DNA of 33,244 bases from Catajapyx aquilonaris. Lineage: Eukaryota. The notes under the pieces were generated by a model, which had not been told where the DNA came from, searched no databases, and worked only from the letters and a program-made list of their open reading frames with translations. The stretch is from positions 1 to 33,244 of the forward strand of contig KZ539108.1 in NCBI GenBank assembly GCA_000934665.2. The letters are read 5' to 3'. Position 1 is the stretch's first letter. Each line of letters starts with the position of its first letter. The position numbers and the translations under genes are program-made. This document shows positions 12,701-24,476 of this stretch, one piece after another.

Positions 12701-14389
12701 TATATTTCACATCTGCCTGCCGCAGAGCTAGGCAATTACACCAATATTATAACTGTAATCTGCTGTATATCTTTCCCTGCAATATTTCTCCCACGTATAC
12801 CAGCAGTAGTGCAAGTGACAATACTGCATGCGACACCATAAGCCGTTTAGATCATTAGTATGGACCCGCTGATGCTACACCACCATTTTTGTTGCATTTA
12901 GAAAGGACGCGGACTCGACAAACATTATTTGTCAGTATGTAACATGCAAATGAAAGTGAAATCCCAGCTTGTTGCGGACTAATCTAAAATTGACAATGAT
13001 GTTATTCGGCATTGATTGTTCGAAGTGGCACTTCATTTTGCTTATTGACGTATTCGCCTCGGCATGTAATGGTACACTGACATCAAATGCAAAGACTATA
13101 TAACTACCGAAATATGGTATATGCAACATAGCATTTGTCACAAGGATATGGCTTATATAGGCTACAGGCTACAACAACAGATTTGCAGAAATTTTTTCTT
13201 ACAGGCTATATTAGTTATTCACTTTTTGGCAGCCTACTAAACAATCACGGTCTACTCGGTAGACTTTTCAATATTCTATTAGGTGGGTTTGCAGCATTTA
13301 TTCGGTGGAATCCTAACCAGTGGCAATAAAGAGATCCCTTCCCGACGTTTGCATGCAATTGGCTTTCAAATATCGATCCAGAAGGTCGCAATTCAATTTC
13401 CACGCCATCTTTTTTAGCAATTTAAAATTCCAGTCTCTTAATGCAAAAGCCTCTCGCTCTGAATAAAACAGCAATCCATTACATCTCATGCGTGCATATT
13501 TATGCACTCTAGTAGACATGACGGCCCAATGACGGCCTCCCCAAGTTTTTCGCTCTCACACGCATCAAAAGGCCTACAGCATGTCCTATGGTGACTGTAA
13601 AATGCATGGCAGCGTTTTTCATTTTGTAACAATAGCAGCACTATTAGCCATTACTTCGCATTCATATAGAGTCAGCTATGTTTTCCAGAGCTATGTCAGA
13701 CACATGATATGGAAACTTCATGCAAGCATCAAACAGAACAAAAGGAGCATCACTGGCTTTTGGCATGAAACTTGGCGTCACGTATATATGATAAAGCATG
13801 TGATGTGCTACGGAAACGTGATAATTATTGTGACACTATGTATATGTGTTATGTACAGGTGCAGTACAGTACATGCATGTAGGCACCCTTACAGTTAGCT
13901 TTTCTTGCCTAGTTCTTTATTCAACCCGTGCTGCATGGTGATTTAGCAGTGATTTAGAACCTTTGAATAAATTTTAAGTGATACAAAAGACTAAGGATAA
14001 TATATGCCGTTAAAAAGAGCGTTGGTTCACGCTTGAACAACTTGCCAAACTAGGTCACTGTGATAAGTGTGGGTATAGGTTACACTAGGATGGATTTCTC
14101 ATTGTAGTGGAACTTGCTGTTATCAATATTACAAGCATTACGAGCAACATTTCTCAAAGTGTTGTCAGGGAGGAATCGTCAGTGATGGTAATTGCTCAAA
14201 ATTAGGGTCGTAGTAATTATGCAAACTCCGTAGATTTTGGATCAATGGTTTCTTATTTGGGTATGCACAGCGGCAGTATTATCCGCAAAATATAGCACAC
14301 ACAGTCCATTGAGGAGACTAGGCGAAATTTTGTAATAACTCGCGAGAAATTATATTATGAATTTATTTCATGCATTTAATAAACAACTG

Positions 14390-14460
14390 CAGTAAGCCCC
14401 CGTTATCAGCGGGTGGAAGGTGGCTTGGAACCAATTACCCGCGGAAACGGGGACTCACTG
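14390..14460. mobile_element. 71-bp pogo/Tigger-like mini-MITE
   Basis: Left CAGTAAGCCCCCGTTATCAGCGGGT versus reverse complement of the right end CAGTGAGTCCCCGTTTCCGCGGGT. TA follows at 14461-14462; the left flank is TG. Confidence 0.65.
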
Positions 14461-14782
14461 TATATTCCTCTGAACTCTGAAGATGATTAAAAATATTGTT
14501 TAGCGTATTCAAAAATATTCCGTTCATAGCTATTTTGTGCCCACAACTCTGCAAGTGGTCTCATGCTCTGCTAATTATGTGCACAGACTTGTCACCTGAC
14601 ATGTCACATAAAAAGTTTATTCAGTGTAACAACGATTTCCCACAGCAGTCCACCTACTCTCTGAATGTGTGAGAGTTAATGCAGCGGGCAACAGACATAT
14701 TCACCGGATTTTTGTTGATGTACGCATTGTCCTGTGACTCCAGGAAGGTTAGCGACAGGATACGCATATACCGTACTTTTAA

Positions 14783-14860
14783 AGCTGAACTACGTGGGCT
14801 CTGAAAATATGGTTAAAAAAATCTTGATTCCGAGGGTGCAATTCGTTTATCTCATAACTA
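14783..14860. mobile_element. Degenerate left end of a TTAA-type (Kolobok-like) element related to the 29467 MITE
   Basis: TTAA at 14779-14782, then AGCTG..., then AAAAAATCTTGATTCCGAGGGTGCAATTCGTTT, matching AAAAAATCTTGATTCCGAATGTGCAATCGTTT at 29512-29543. No matching right end found. Confidence 0.45.
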
Positions 14861-15189
14861 AATAGTGACTCCAGGGGAAGTGGTCGACCGCCATTTGCTA
14901 ACGCCATTTGCCGCCATGCAGGAAGTGACGGAAAATAGATTTTAAGAAATTCATCCGGCAACCTTGGCTTCATAGAGTTTCTGCCTCCCAACATTCCCGC
15001 CCATATTCTCCCGAGTGTTAATGTCTAATTAGTGAAATTTCCGATTATGGAGCTGGTTGTGTCCCTTCGCCTGATGAACCACTCCGATATTTCCCAATTG
15101 TGACCTCTCATACTGTTGTTACTTTTCAGTTATAATGAGAAAATTAATCTAGATTCTGTGGGCCCATTATTTAGCCCATCTTATATATA

Positions 15190-16462
15190 CGAGGGAGGGT
15201 CAAAAAGTTATCTACCTAGGTATGAAGGACATGTGTTACAACTCTCACAATGTCATTTTTTCTCGATGTAATCTACCTTCATCTCAATGCATTTTCGTCA
15301 TTTGTCTGAAAGTGATCCGATCCCACTTGAAAAAAATTCCAAAGTTTGGTCTGCAATCCACTGGTCTGCCGCCATTTTCAATTCATTATCAGCGCCAAAA
15401 TGACGTCCCAGAAGTTCTTTTTTAGGTGACTAAGTCACTCTGGGCCAGGTCCAGACTGCAGGGTGGATAATTCATCACCATGAAGCACCAGTCTCTGATG
15501 GCAACTTGAACAACGCGCCAGGTGTGTACTGGGGAATTGTTGTGGATCAGACACACACTTCTGGTCATCTTCCCGCGTCGTTTTGAAGCAATGGCTTCTC
15601 TCGGTCACTTTAGTAGGTCAGCGTAGATACTGCCGGTGATTGTTGTCTTATGGGGCATGTTGTCTACCAATATAACACCTTCAGAATCCCAAAATATCTG
15701 GCCATAATCTTGCCCCACGAAAGTCGCGTATGGCTCTTCTTGGATGGCAAGGAATTAGCATGCTTCCATTGCATGAACTCCATATATGTTTCAGGATCCC
15801 AGGTTTCGTCTCTGGTCACTATCTGGGTCAAAAATATGTCAACATCTGCTTCCTACATGTCCAAGTTCTCTTGAGAACATGCGACGTCAACAGACCTCTG
15901 GAGTGGCTAGAGCAACCTGGGTACCCATCGAAAACAAACCTTCCACATCCCCAAATAATCGTGCAGGATGGTTATAACACTCGATTTGGAGATGCCCACC
16001 TCCATGGCTATCTGTGAAGCCTTTAATCGCCTCTTTTCCATCACAAGATCCGTACATTTTGTCACATGTCACTTGATGTTGCCTCTACAGACCTTCTGGA
16101 GTGGGGGTCATCTTCAAGTGACTCCCTGCCCCACTTAAATTGCTTGCACCAGTACTTTGTTGGGTCAATGGAAGGAGAACTGTCCCCATACACTGCTGCC
16201 TTTAACTTGTGGTGAACATCAAAACGTCGTATCCACTCCAATGTGAGAAAATTCATGACAGCACAGTGCTTCAATTTCTTGAAATCCATCCTTGCCCACA
16301 TCTGCCTAGCTTCGCAACACCCCTGCTCATTCATTTATGAGCAGATCGAGTTCAAACTTGGACACTTGTACAAGAAGGGTTGAAAGTACCTCTAATTAAA
16401 AAAATTATGCCGCTAAGCCATGTCCTTCGTACCTAGGTAGATAACTTTTTGACCCTCCTACT
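15190..16462 (-). mobile_element. Full-length decayed mariner transposon (DD34D, irritans-like)
   Basis: 40-bp inverted repeat 15194-15233 versus 16419-16458 with one mismatch. Left end is TA|CGAGGGAGGGTCAAAAAGT; length ~1.27 kb; contains a transposase pseudogene. Confidence 0.93.
15253..16289 (-). pseudogene. Mariner transposase pseudogene
   Basis: Reads MDFKKLKHCAVMNFL...VYGDSSPS...WCKQFKWGRESLEDDPHS (HTH), KVCFRWVPRLL, IVTRDETW, GKIMA/IFWDSEGVILVD, LIHNNSPVHT, YPPCSLDLAQSD, and ends KCIEMKVDYIEKK*. Multiple stops, frameshifts and small deletions; the second catalytic D is changed to N. Confidence 0.92.
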
Positions 16463-17197
16463 TACTTGCCTTACATGCAAAAGGCCCTGTCCGTGATTTG
16501 CCCTAATTTCAGACAAAGTACTTGTGGCATGTCCACTTATCTGACAAAGAACATAAATTATCGCCTTTAATAATTTACTTATTTTGGAAAATGAAGATTC
16601 GCTGAAAGACCATAAAAAGTACTAGATGTTCATTTCATAAATTTGTAAATTAGTAAAATAATGTATAATTCGTTCACGTTAGTCTGACTTGTAGTAGAGA
16701 GGGTAGCTGAGAGGAGTTAGGAGAGCCAACTCTATAGAAATGCAATTAGAAACTCGTTTTCTACAATTGTGGTAAGCCTAAGCAGTATTCGTGGTGCATT
16801 GTAAAACATAGAAGTAATCATGAAATGACCAATCTAATTAGCTAGTCGAAATTTAGGTCATATTTTGGACGTGCAGGACGCTGCCATTTGATAAAATGTT
16901 ATATGACATCGTCTGGCACCACTCACCTAAAGCAATAAGATGGTATAGTATTCCAACCACATGACAGTAGTTGAAGATCATTATATTTTTAGGCCATTAA
17001 TAGATAATACAATCAACAAAAAATTACGTTATGCTTCATTATTATAATAATAGTAGACTATCGTTTAAGCGGTGCTAACAACAAGATCTTCTTGGACAAT
17101 AGAAATACACATATACTGGCCTTTACAACACATTTATCAGCTTTCTGTTTTTACCAAAGACTCCCTGCAACATAAATTGTGCTGATGACAGTATATA

Positions 17198-17639
17198 CAG
17201 GGTGTATCAGAACTCTACCGTAAGCCACTTGTGCCAATGGCATAAGGGGCACCAGAGCATCATTATATGTAGAGGGGTCATCATGTCTAGGCAGCCACAT
17301 CACGTAGATAATAATTGATCATTTGCGAAGTAGCGATTGCGCTTAAGCGTGATTGTAGAATAGCAGTGCATCTGGGGGGAACTGCATTCTAAGAGCCCTC
17401 AGTGACTACCCCAATAGCAGTGTGGCAGTAGCCCCCCAGAAAATAGCTGCGACATCACCTGTGATGCGATTGGCGGCTGAATGTTTGCATACCTGCCAGG
17501 ATATTTTATACCTATTGGTTGAGGTCAATTATCTCGGTCATGCGGCGGCCCAGGCCTATGATTCCGATACTGTAAATGATCATCTGCTGACCATTACGCC
17601 ATTGGCATATGGCTTACGGTAGAGTTCTGATACACCCTG
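17198..17639. mobile_element. Tc1/mariner-type MITE, 442 bp
   Basis: Perfect 30-bp TIR CAGGGTGTATCAGAACTCTACCGTAAGCCA (17198-17227 and 17610-17639), extending imperfectly ~17 bp further. TA TSD at 17196-17197 and 17640-17641. Confidence 0.92.
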
Positions 17640-20600
17640 TATATAGGTTATTCTAGCCGCGTGGTTCAGTGTTTCCAAAAGTTGAGGCTTTTTGATCTGG
17701 TTCGTTATTCACACGAAAAAAATATTTTAATGATGATCATAAAGCACACAGCGTAAATTTACAGACCGATGACACAATTATGACGTGTATATAATGCACA
17801 GTGTTTGGCCTAATTAAAATAATGTGTTGGTAAGCATACTCACAAACGCACGTAATTACTCGTGAAAGAATGATACACAACTCTCTAGAGTCTACAAAAA
17901 CATTTTTTTTTCAATTAGTTAATTGGCGCTGAAAATATTCGTGTTATCATCCAGGATCTTTCTTCAGTATTACCCAAACCATGGGCGGATGCTGGACGGA
18001 AATAATTCCCACATGCCGTATTACACAATAACCAAACACAAGTTAAAGATGTGAAGTGGCTTATCTTTATGAACTGACATGATTGGTCAACAAAATCATT
18101 ATCATACCTACATAAAAAGTAATTTAAAATTAAAATAACTTTTCCATTACAGTTACAGTACTTAGCATATTAAACCGAGTTCATTGGAGGCAGTAAAACG
18201 CTCTCGAATGCTCTTGAGAGCCTCGAAACTCCCATTATTGTTGAGGAGAGATGACTAGTACCATTTCCATATAGTTGGTGTCATTAATGATGATAGTATA
18301 GCAAGAACAAATTAATTTTCCCAAACTGCCGAAGGATGGCGATCCAAACGAGCATGTCGGTATAATTAGCCTAATTAGAGAGCCTCCCCTGTAAAGACGA
18401 CTCTCTCGTTCCCGTAAGAATTAAAGAGCCAAGTCAGTGCGTCGTAACGAGGAAACAATGGCAAGGGAAAGGCCGCAACTAGAAATTGGACGGAGGAACT
18501 TGGGGACGTATAGAAGAAGAAAAAGGGAGAAGAGAAGGAGGGTAGGGGAAAAAAAGAAGCATTCCGGTGGGTGGGCGGGAAGGAAGCTAAATGTCTCCGG
18601 CCTCTCTTCACGGCATCGGTGAAATGAGCTAAGGTTCTCGGGGGAAATGGCCCGTGACATTGTCTTGTCCGACCAACTGTATTCCCCTGGCCGCTCTAAC
18701 TCTGTCCAGTCCGTTTTTGCTCTTCCAAGAACCGTGTCCCCTCAATTGGCCTCTCCCGTTCCATTCATTCTCCCGCCGTCAATGTTTTACGATTGAAACA
18801 GTGCTCAAAAGTGGCAGGCAAATGTGCCATAACCGTGTTTGACAATGGCCACCATCTGTCAGGGTCAAAATGTGCTCTCACGCGGCGTACCTCCCAGGGT
18901 GGGAAACTAGCTTTCCTTACTTACAATATGGAATAACCTTCTGCAGATCGCGCTGACTACATCAAAAGTTTTGCCATCACCAAGTTCATTTGGAAGCGGC
19001 CATCCGACGCAGACGTTGGTCTGCAGGCAAGCTAGGCAAGGCCTACTCTCCTTTTTGGCTCTCTCGTGGGGGACGGGGGCAGGTTTTAGACCGTGACTGG
19101 GGCAACACGCCAAAGCAAGGAGAAATGGAAACTCTGCAAGTCCCATGGAGGAGAGGAAAAGAGAAGTTCCTGCATAATCTAATGTCCCGCCCAAAATCGA
19201 GGACTTGTGGCCAACAAATCACTGCTCCGTATGACTAATTCACCGGTCGAATTTATGGCCTGGCTCTGATATACTCATAGGATTACTCATAAAAGTTGCA
19301 GAAATGATGGTTCCGCCAGTGAGGGGGGAAAAAAGGGAGCCACAAATATAAGGAATGTCTTTGGGCCATATGCGTAAAACCTCGGGGAGAGTACAAGTGA
19401 TTCGGGTTAGTAACCAAGTGGCTCGTTTCTTCCCATCTCTGGCGCACATCTCGGACGTAACTTTGTCAGATTTCTTTTGCAAAATGAAATCAGTGTAATT
19501 TAAGGGCCGCAATAGCCATGGCGAGGATTGTGCAAACTCGGATAAGAAAATTTTAATACCCTTCGTCAGAGTAGCAGCACTACTTGAGATTCCTTTCCAC
19601 GCCGCTCTTCCTCTTGCAGCGGGACAATGGTTTTGGAAGCGGTCCAATCTGCAAGTTTTCGCCTCGAGCCTCCCTGAAACTGCTTGAATATCCAGGAATG
19701 CATATTAGCTTCAACATCTGTAACGCATTACCCCTTTTTTGAAATTCGTCAGCGAAATATCTTGGCCTAGATTGCACTATGGGAACCTCTCGGGAAGCCA
19801 TAAAGCTGAAAGGAAGCGCCCTATAGAAGATGGAGAGGAGCATGATGTGCGAATTAGATTAGAGAGTGGATACATTTCTCACTTTGTAGGTGTTAACAAA
19901 TGAGGTTTCCTCTCTTTCCCTCCAAAGTCACTTGTGCTCCACGTTAATGGTCAACTCTAAAAGGGCACACATGCTGCCAATTTACGCGCTACCCACTTAA
20001 TAATGCAGGCCTTTGCCATTTGCAATGCATGAGCCTCTTCTTACACAAATAACTGCAAAACCAAGGAAATGTGTGGGACGAGGAGCGGCACATGATGAAC
20101 CTACTCTACGTTTCACATAAAACCGCATGCAACCAAGCTCGGACGAAAGCTCCGTGTCACACAGAATACATTATTACCAGGGTGATTCTCAGAGGCGTTG
20201 CTTTTAGTCCTCTCATAATGTGCGCGTCTGAAAGGTATGACAACCGCAGACTTACGCACAAGCCTAGCATCCTGTGACGTACCCCTTTAATAATACAGGC
20301 CTGATGCCGAGGTGCAACCTGGCACACAGAGTAAATACCCGCTATAGGAAGGGCCCATACGCCTCTTTGACGGGACTCAAATGGAACATAATTTGGACGT
20401 GCCTCGCAAGTTTTCCAACGTTCCGTTGACGTATCACCGTGGCAATCCGGTGGAAAACGCAGGGATGAAACATGATCAAAATTGGAATTCGATAACCCCA
20501 ATCTGCATAAACAAGGGCATTACACAGGACAATCCGACAAGAACTTCATTTCTCCAATCGAGCGATACCCCCCCCCNCCCCCCGCCCCCCAGTACACGCA

Positions 20601-22014
20601 GCATTTGTGAAGCGGCATGCAGGCGGCTCGACAGGTTATTTGGCAGGCAGGAATAATTAATTGTGCCATGCATGGAGTAAATCTCATAAGCCATGACGAA
20701 ATTATACAGAAGCAGAGATGTTAAAACTGTTGGAACGGATTAAATTTTGAAGTGTGCAGGCAGGGGCAGGCTGAAAATTTTCCGCGGATTCCAAACTTTG
20801 CTCGTCCTTCAAGGGATAATTGCCATCCCGCGTGTTTGCGCCTTGCTTGCTCCTCTCCTTCGCGATTAGTCTCTTCGCCTTATGCACAACTGCCATGCAT
20901 GCTACCTGCTATCATCGGCCCTACCTACCCCTTGCCAAAAATACTTCGGTTTCAATTTTTCATCCTCAAAAACCCAGGCCAGGGGAAAATTTTCACATCA
21001 AGGAGTGCAATCGTAAAAGTAATTAACTCATTTGAGTAACGTGGACCGCGCAGTCTAATCCATGGGAACTTTTAACAAGATTAACTGGAGCATATTCCAT
21101 GGGGAGAGTTATGGAAGGCGACGGCTGAGTCAATAAAGATGCAAATCTCACCACCTTCGCCTCCTCCTGCACCCCCCCTTCCCCCCATTTTCCATTCTCC
21201 CTTTTCTTCGAGGGGTAACGATTTCCCAATCGCCTTGGCTTGCCTATTAACTTCATAATTCGCGATGGATGACGCGATGAACCAACCTTGGGGATATTCC
21301 TCTGTCAGGAGGAAGGGATTATTGACTCTTTACATGCATGCCTTGTTGGCTAAAAGGAAGCCCAACCTCGTTATGGAACTATTGAATTTTCTTGCATGCT
21401 TGGTTTACCAGTTGACTCGATGACATTGGCCTTATCACACAATTTCTTTCCTGCCCCACCCTCTTCCCCTTCCCCTCTTCATAGCTGCCCCATTCCGTCG
21501 TCCCCGCCAAAGACCTTGCTTGGGTTTCCACGACTCGACTAATCTAATTTGGATTTCTTTGGGAATTGGAGACACGAAATTAGAAGCTCCTGTCCTGCCC
21601 GATAAGAGCCAGAAGCCTTAGGTAGCATGAAAGTTGTCGCAATAAAGTATTTTTAATAAGAATGGAGGGAGGGGGGGTGAAAAGGAGTGGGCCCAACCAG
21701 GGCTTCTGCAAGGGCGACAAAGTTTGCGGGCAAACTGGGAATTACTCGATGGAATTTTGCGGCAGTCGCCTGCTCTTGATTTAATCATGGCGAACGGAAC
21801 ACATGGCCCCCAAGAACATAAGAACGCCTGTTGAACAACACGTGGCGGACATTTCCAGGCAAATGTGCGGCCAAATTACATTCACGTCCTGCTCAGCACC
21901 AACTTTAATTAGCCGCGACACGTTATGCCAATTCGTTGATGGCTCCCGCAAGAATTTTGTGTCCATTTAGTCTAAGCCAGAACCAGAGGCCACCTTTTGG
22001 CCACCTGCATTGTG

Positions 22015-22018
<4 letters not shown>

Positions 22019-22056
<38 letters not shown>
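22019..22056. repeat. (CT)n microsatellite
   Basis: About 19 CT units followed by an N. Confidence 0.95.
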
Positions 22057-23326
22057 NCCCCCCACTTTGATTTGTTGCTTTGAGATGGGTGAAAAGCGGG
22101 TCGTTTGGATGCAGAGACCCGACCTCTAGCTCGGACTCCGGATATGACCATTGACCTATAGCCTGCCCCAACCAAACTTTCTCCAGGAGTTTTCCCTCTA
22201 TATCCGCCCACGTGGCTACTATGTTCCTCGACTTGCTCGGCAATTGACAGGAAAACGACACCGGCGCCCAGATCTTCAAAGTGATACATCTTCAAGTCCA
22301 TGTCCTTAAAAAATGAAAGTTTTCACTTTTCTCCCATCAGCAGTGCTCCAGAGACTGCTCAAAACTGTAATAAACGTAGAGCACGGAACTTCTCCAGGAA
22401 TCCTCGACTCTGGGGCAAAAGTGGCAGCGATGGGTTTCCGTTCAGAATGGAAGCAACTTAACGACACCGGCGGGAAATTATTATTCGTCTCACGACCAAA
22501 ATGCCGAGGGAAAAGGGGAGGGATGGAGAAGGGAGGGAGGGAGGGAGGGAGGGGGGAAGAAAGTCTTCTTGGTTCTCTGAATGGAGAGCCAGGAAAACCG
22601 AAACAAGCTTGTCATTCCCCACTCCCCCGTCATTTGCAAGCGATTAGAAACCCAGAGGGTTCCTATTCCACTTTACTTTTCAGCACAAATGCTTCCGAAA
22701 TGTGCGCATGTAACTAATAATCAGGAGACTCGGATTCAGAGACATTGTTGGCCACAAGTCAAAAGAAAAGAGCGTGGTTAGGATGGACTCAACTAAACCC
22801 CCCGCCCCATTCCGTCCTGGATAATTCATGGGGTAATTTTGTCTAGACATTCTTAGGCTCGTGTCACGGACATAATAATTGGCAGCGTGAAGGACTTTGC
22901 ATCTTTAATATTTATAGCGCTGCGTGTCTAGGGAGAAAATTATAACCGGTGGCGCTTCTCTAATGGTAGTTGGCAAGAAAGAAGTTTCAACCACCTTGCT
23001 CTTACACCACTTCCAGTAGGTGCACTTTTGTGGTGTACCACAACAGACAGTGACGACATTGTAAGTATGACCTAAGTACCATTTTCTGAAGGGGCTCAGT
23101 GACCCCAGATACATGCTTACCCAGGCTACTAAAATAGCCACGTACAAAATTGATTGCTTGATGCTTTTGGGCCCAAAGTTGTTCTAGGCTTGTTATTGTG
23201 GCCACTCTGTCAGGGTTGCGATTCAAGTTTTGCCACGAAGGTTTTGTGCACGGGACGTACACAAATGATTGGTCAATATTGATTTTGTAGTAACCCACAA
23301 TATATTTCATTAAGTTTTTCCAAGTA

Positions 23327-23844
23327 TTATTAGATGAAAAGGTGAAACTCAGTTGTTGCCTAATTAGATCCCAGCTGAGTAATATGGATATAAAAATCGC
23401 GATTTTGCAGATCTTCCAACTTCATAATTATGGCCACAGAACTGGTCAGGGATATATATTGGAGAATTTTTCTATTTTTCTGGCAATATTTTAAATTGCT
23501 CAATTTTTGAACTACATATTTTTTAAAGAAAAAAAATATCTCATGGAATAAATGATCATGCAATCTTGCACAATGTGGCGATCCTTAAATGGGGCAATAC
23601 AATGATAAACCAATAATAATATTCATACCCATTAACTCCATTAATGTTAATTTTAGTGGACAATTTGCAACCCTAAAAATTACTAATCTTGAACATTATT
23701 CACTCAAAAAAATGTCTATTGATTTTTAAATGTTCCAAAGGCCTTCTCTGGCCATTTTCAGCTAGAAAAAGTTAAATGTCAAATCTTACTCAGTTGGGGA
23801 AGTAAGTAGGGAAAAACCGAGTAGTTTAACTTTTTCATCAACTG
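23327..23844. mobile_element. Old Tc1-like MITE with degenerate ~60-bp TIRs
   Basis: The right end reverse-complements to TA|CAGTTGATGAAAAAGTTAAACTACTCGGTTTTTCCCTACTTACTTCCCCAACTGAGTAAG. This aligns by eye with the left AGATGAAAAGGTGAAACTCAGTTGTTGCCTAATTAGATCCCAGCTGAGTAAT (~23332-23383). Confidence 0.55.
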
Positions 23845-23849
23845 TAATA

Positions 23850-24476
23850 TTAAATAAATACAATAAATAAATAGGGTTTAGTGCGCCGCCCAACGAGGGG
23901 CATCTGGCACGGTACCTTTATTTGCTTAATTTTTGTACAAGCTGATACAGTTGGTCCTTTTCTGTAACACCCGGGTACCGCGAGCGAAAGGGGGGATGAC
24001 AGGAGGGGATGTGCAAAGTGCAGTGCAATGTCGTGGGTGAGGTCATTTTGTTAACTCCCCCGGGTGGTTAGTCTAAGGCAGGGGTTCCCAACCATTTTCG
24101 GTTCGCGACCTCCTTTTATGATAGTCAAGTAACCTGCGACCCCCTCCCCGAGTGTTAGTAGATGTTGAAAAAAACCGTCGTGATACAATTTCCTATAAAT
24201 TTTTATTTTTATTTTTTTATTTTAGTCACTTTTTAATTTATAAAAATCACCGCGGCCTCTCACGGCCCCCCTGGACCTGCTCCATGGCCCCCTTGGGGGG
24301 GGGGGGGGGTCTGACCCCCAGGTTGGGAACCCCTGGTCTAAGGAGTCCCACCCGAGACGAAGCCAGAGAAGGCCCAAACTCTGCACGAGATGAAGGGGGT
24401 GTCCCCGGGCTGGGATCGAACCCGGGACCTTCACATCCGTGGGCCCGTGCGTTACCGCAGTACCACTTCGCCTCCC
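23850..24476 (-). mobile_element. tRNA-derived SINE (interrupted by a hAT MITE)
   Basis: The minus strand starts GGGAGGCGAAGTGGTACTGCGGTAACGCAC..., with an A-box-like TGGTACTGCGG (24465-24455) and B box GGTTCGATCCC (24422-24412). The body continues across the hAT insertion and ends in a (TTTA)n tail at ~23850-23873. Confidence 0.85.
24079..24335. mobile_element. hAT (Charlie-like) MITE, 257 bp
   Basis: 15-bp perfect TIR CAGGGGTTCCCAACC. Perfect 8-bp TSD GTCTAAGG at 24071-24078 and 24336-24343. Confidence 0.95.

Noticed and set aside
15786..15977. Plus-strand ORF containing WVP, a mariner-like motif
   Set aside because: Artefact of the near-palindromic TGGGTACCCA; the real WVPRLL motif is on the minus strand.
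18375..22781. Numerous 60-135 aa ORFs
   Set aside because: No recognisable domains, they overlap on both strands, and several derive from low-complexity tracts such as (CT)n giving RE repeats.
22905..23310. Cys/Trp-containing ORFs vaguely like a GRF zinc finger
   Set aside because: The spacing does not fit and no other supporting motif is present.
24405..24476. tRNA gene
   Set aside because: It has A/B boxes but continues into a SINE body and tail, with no clean cloverleaf or terminator; annotated as a SINE head.
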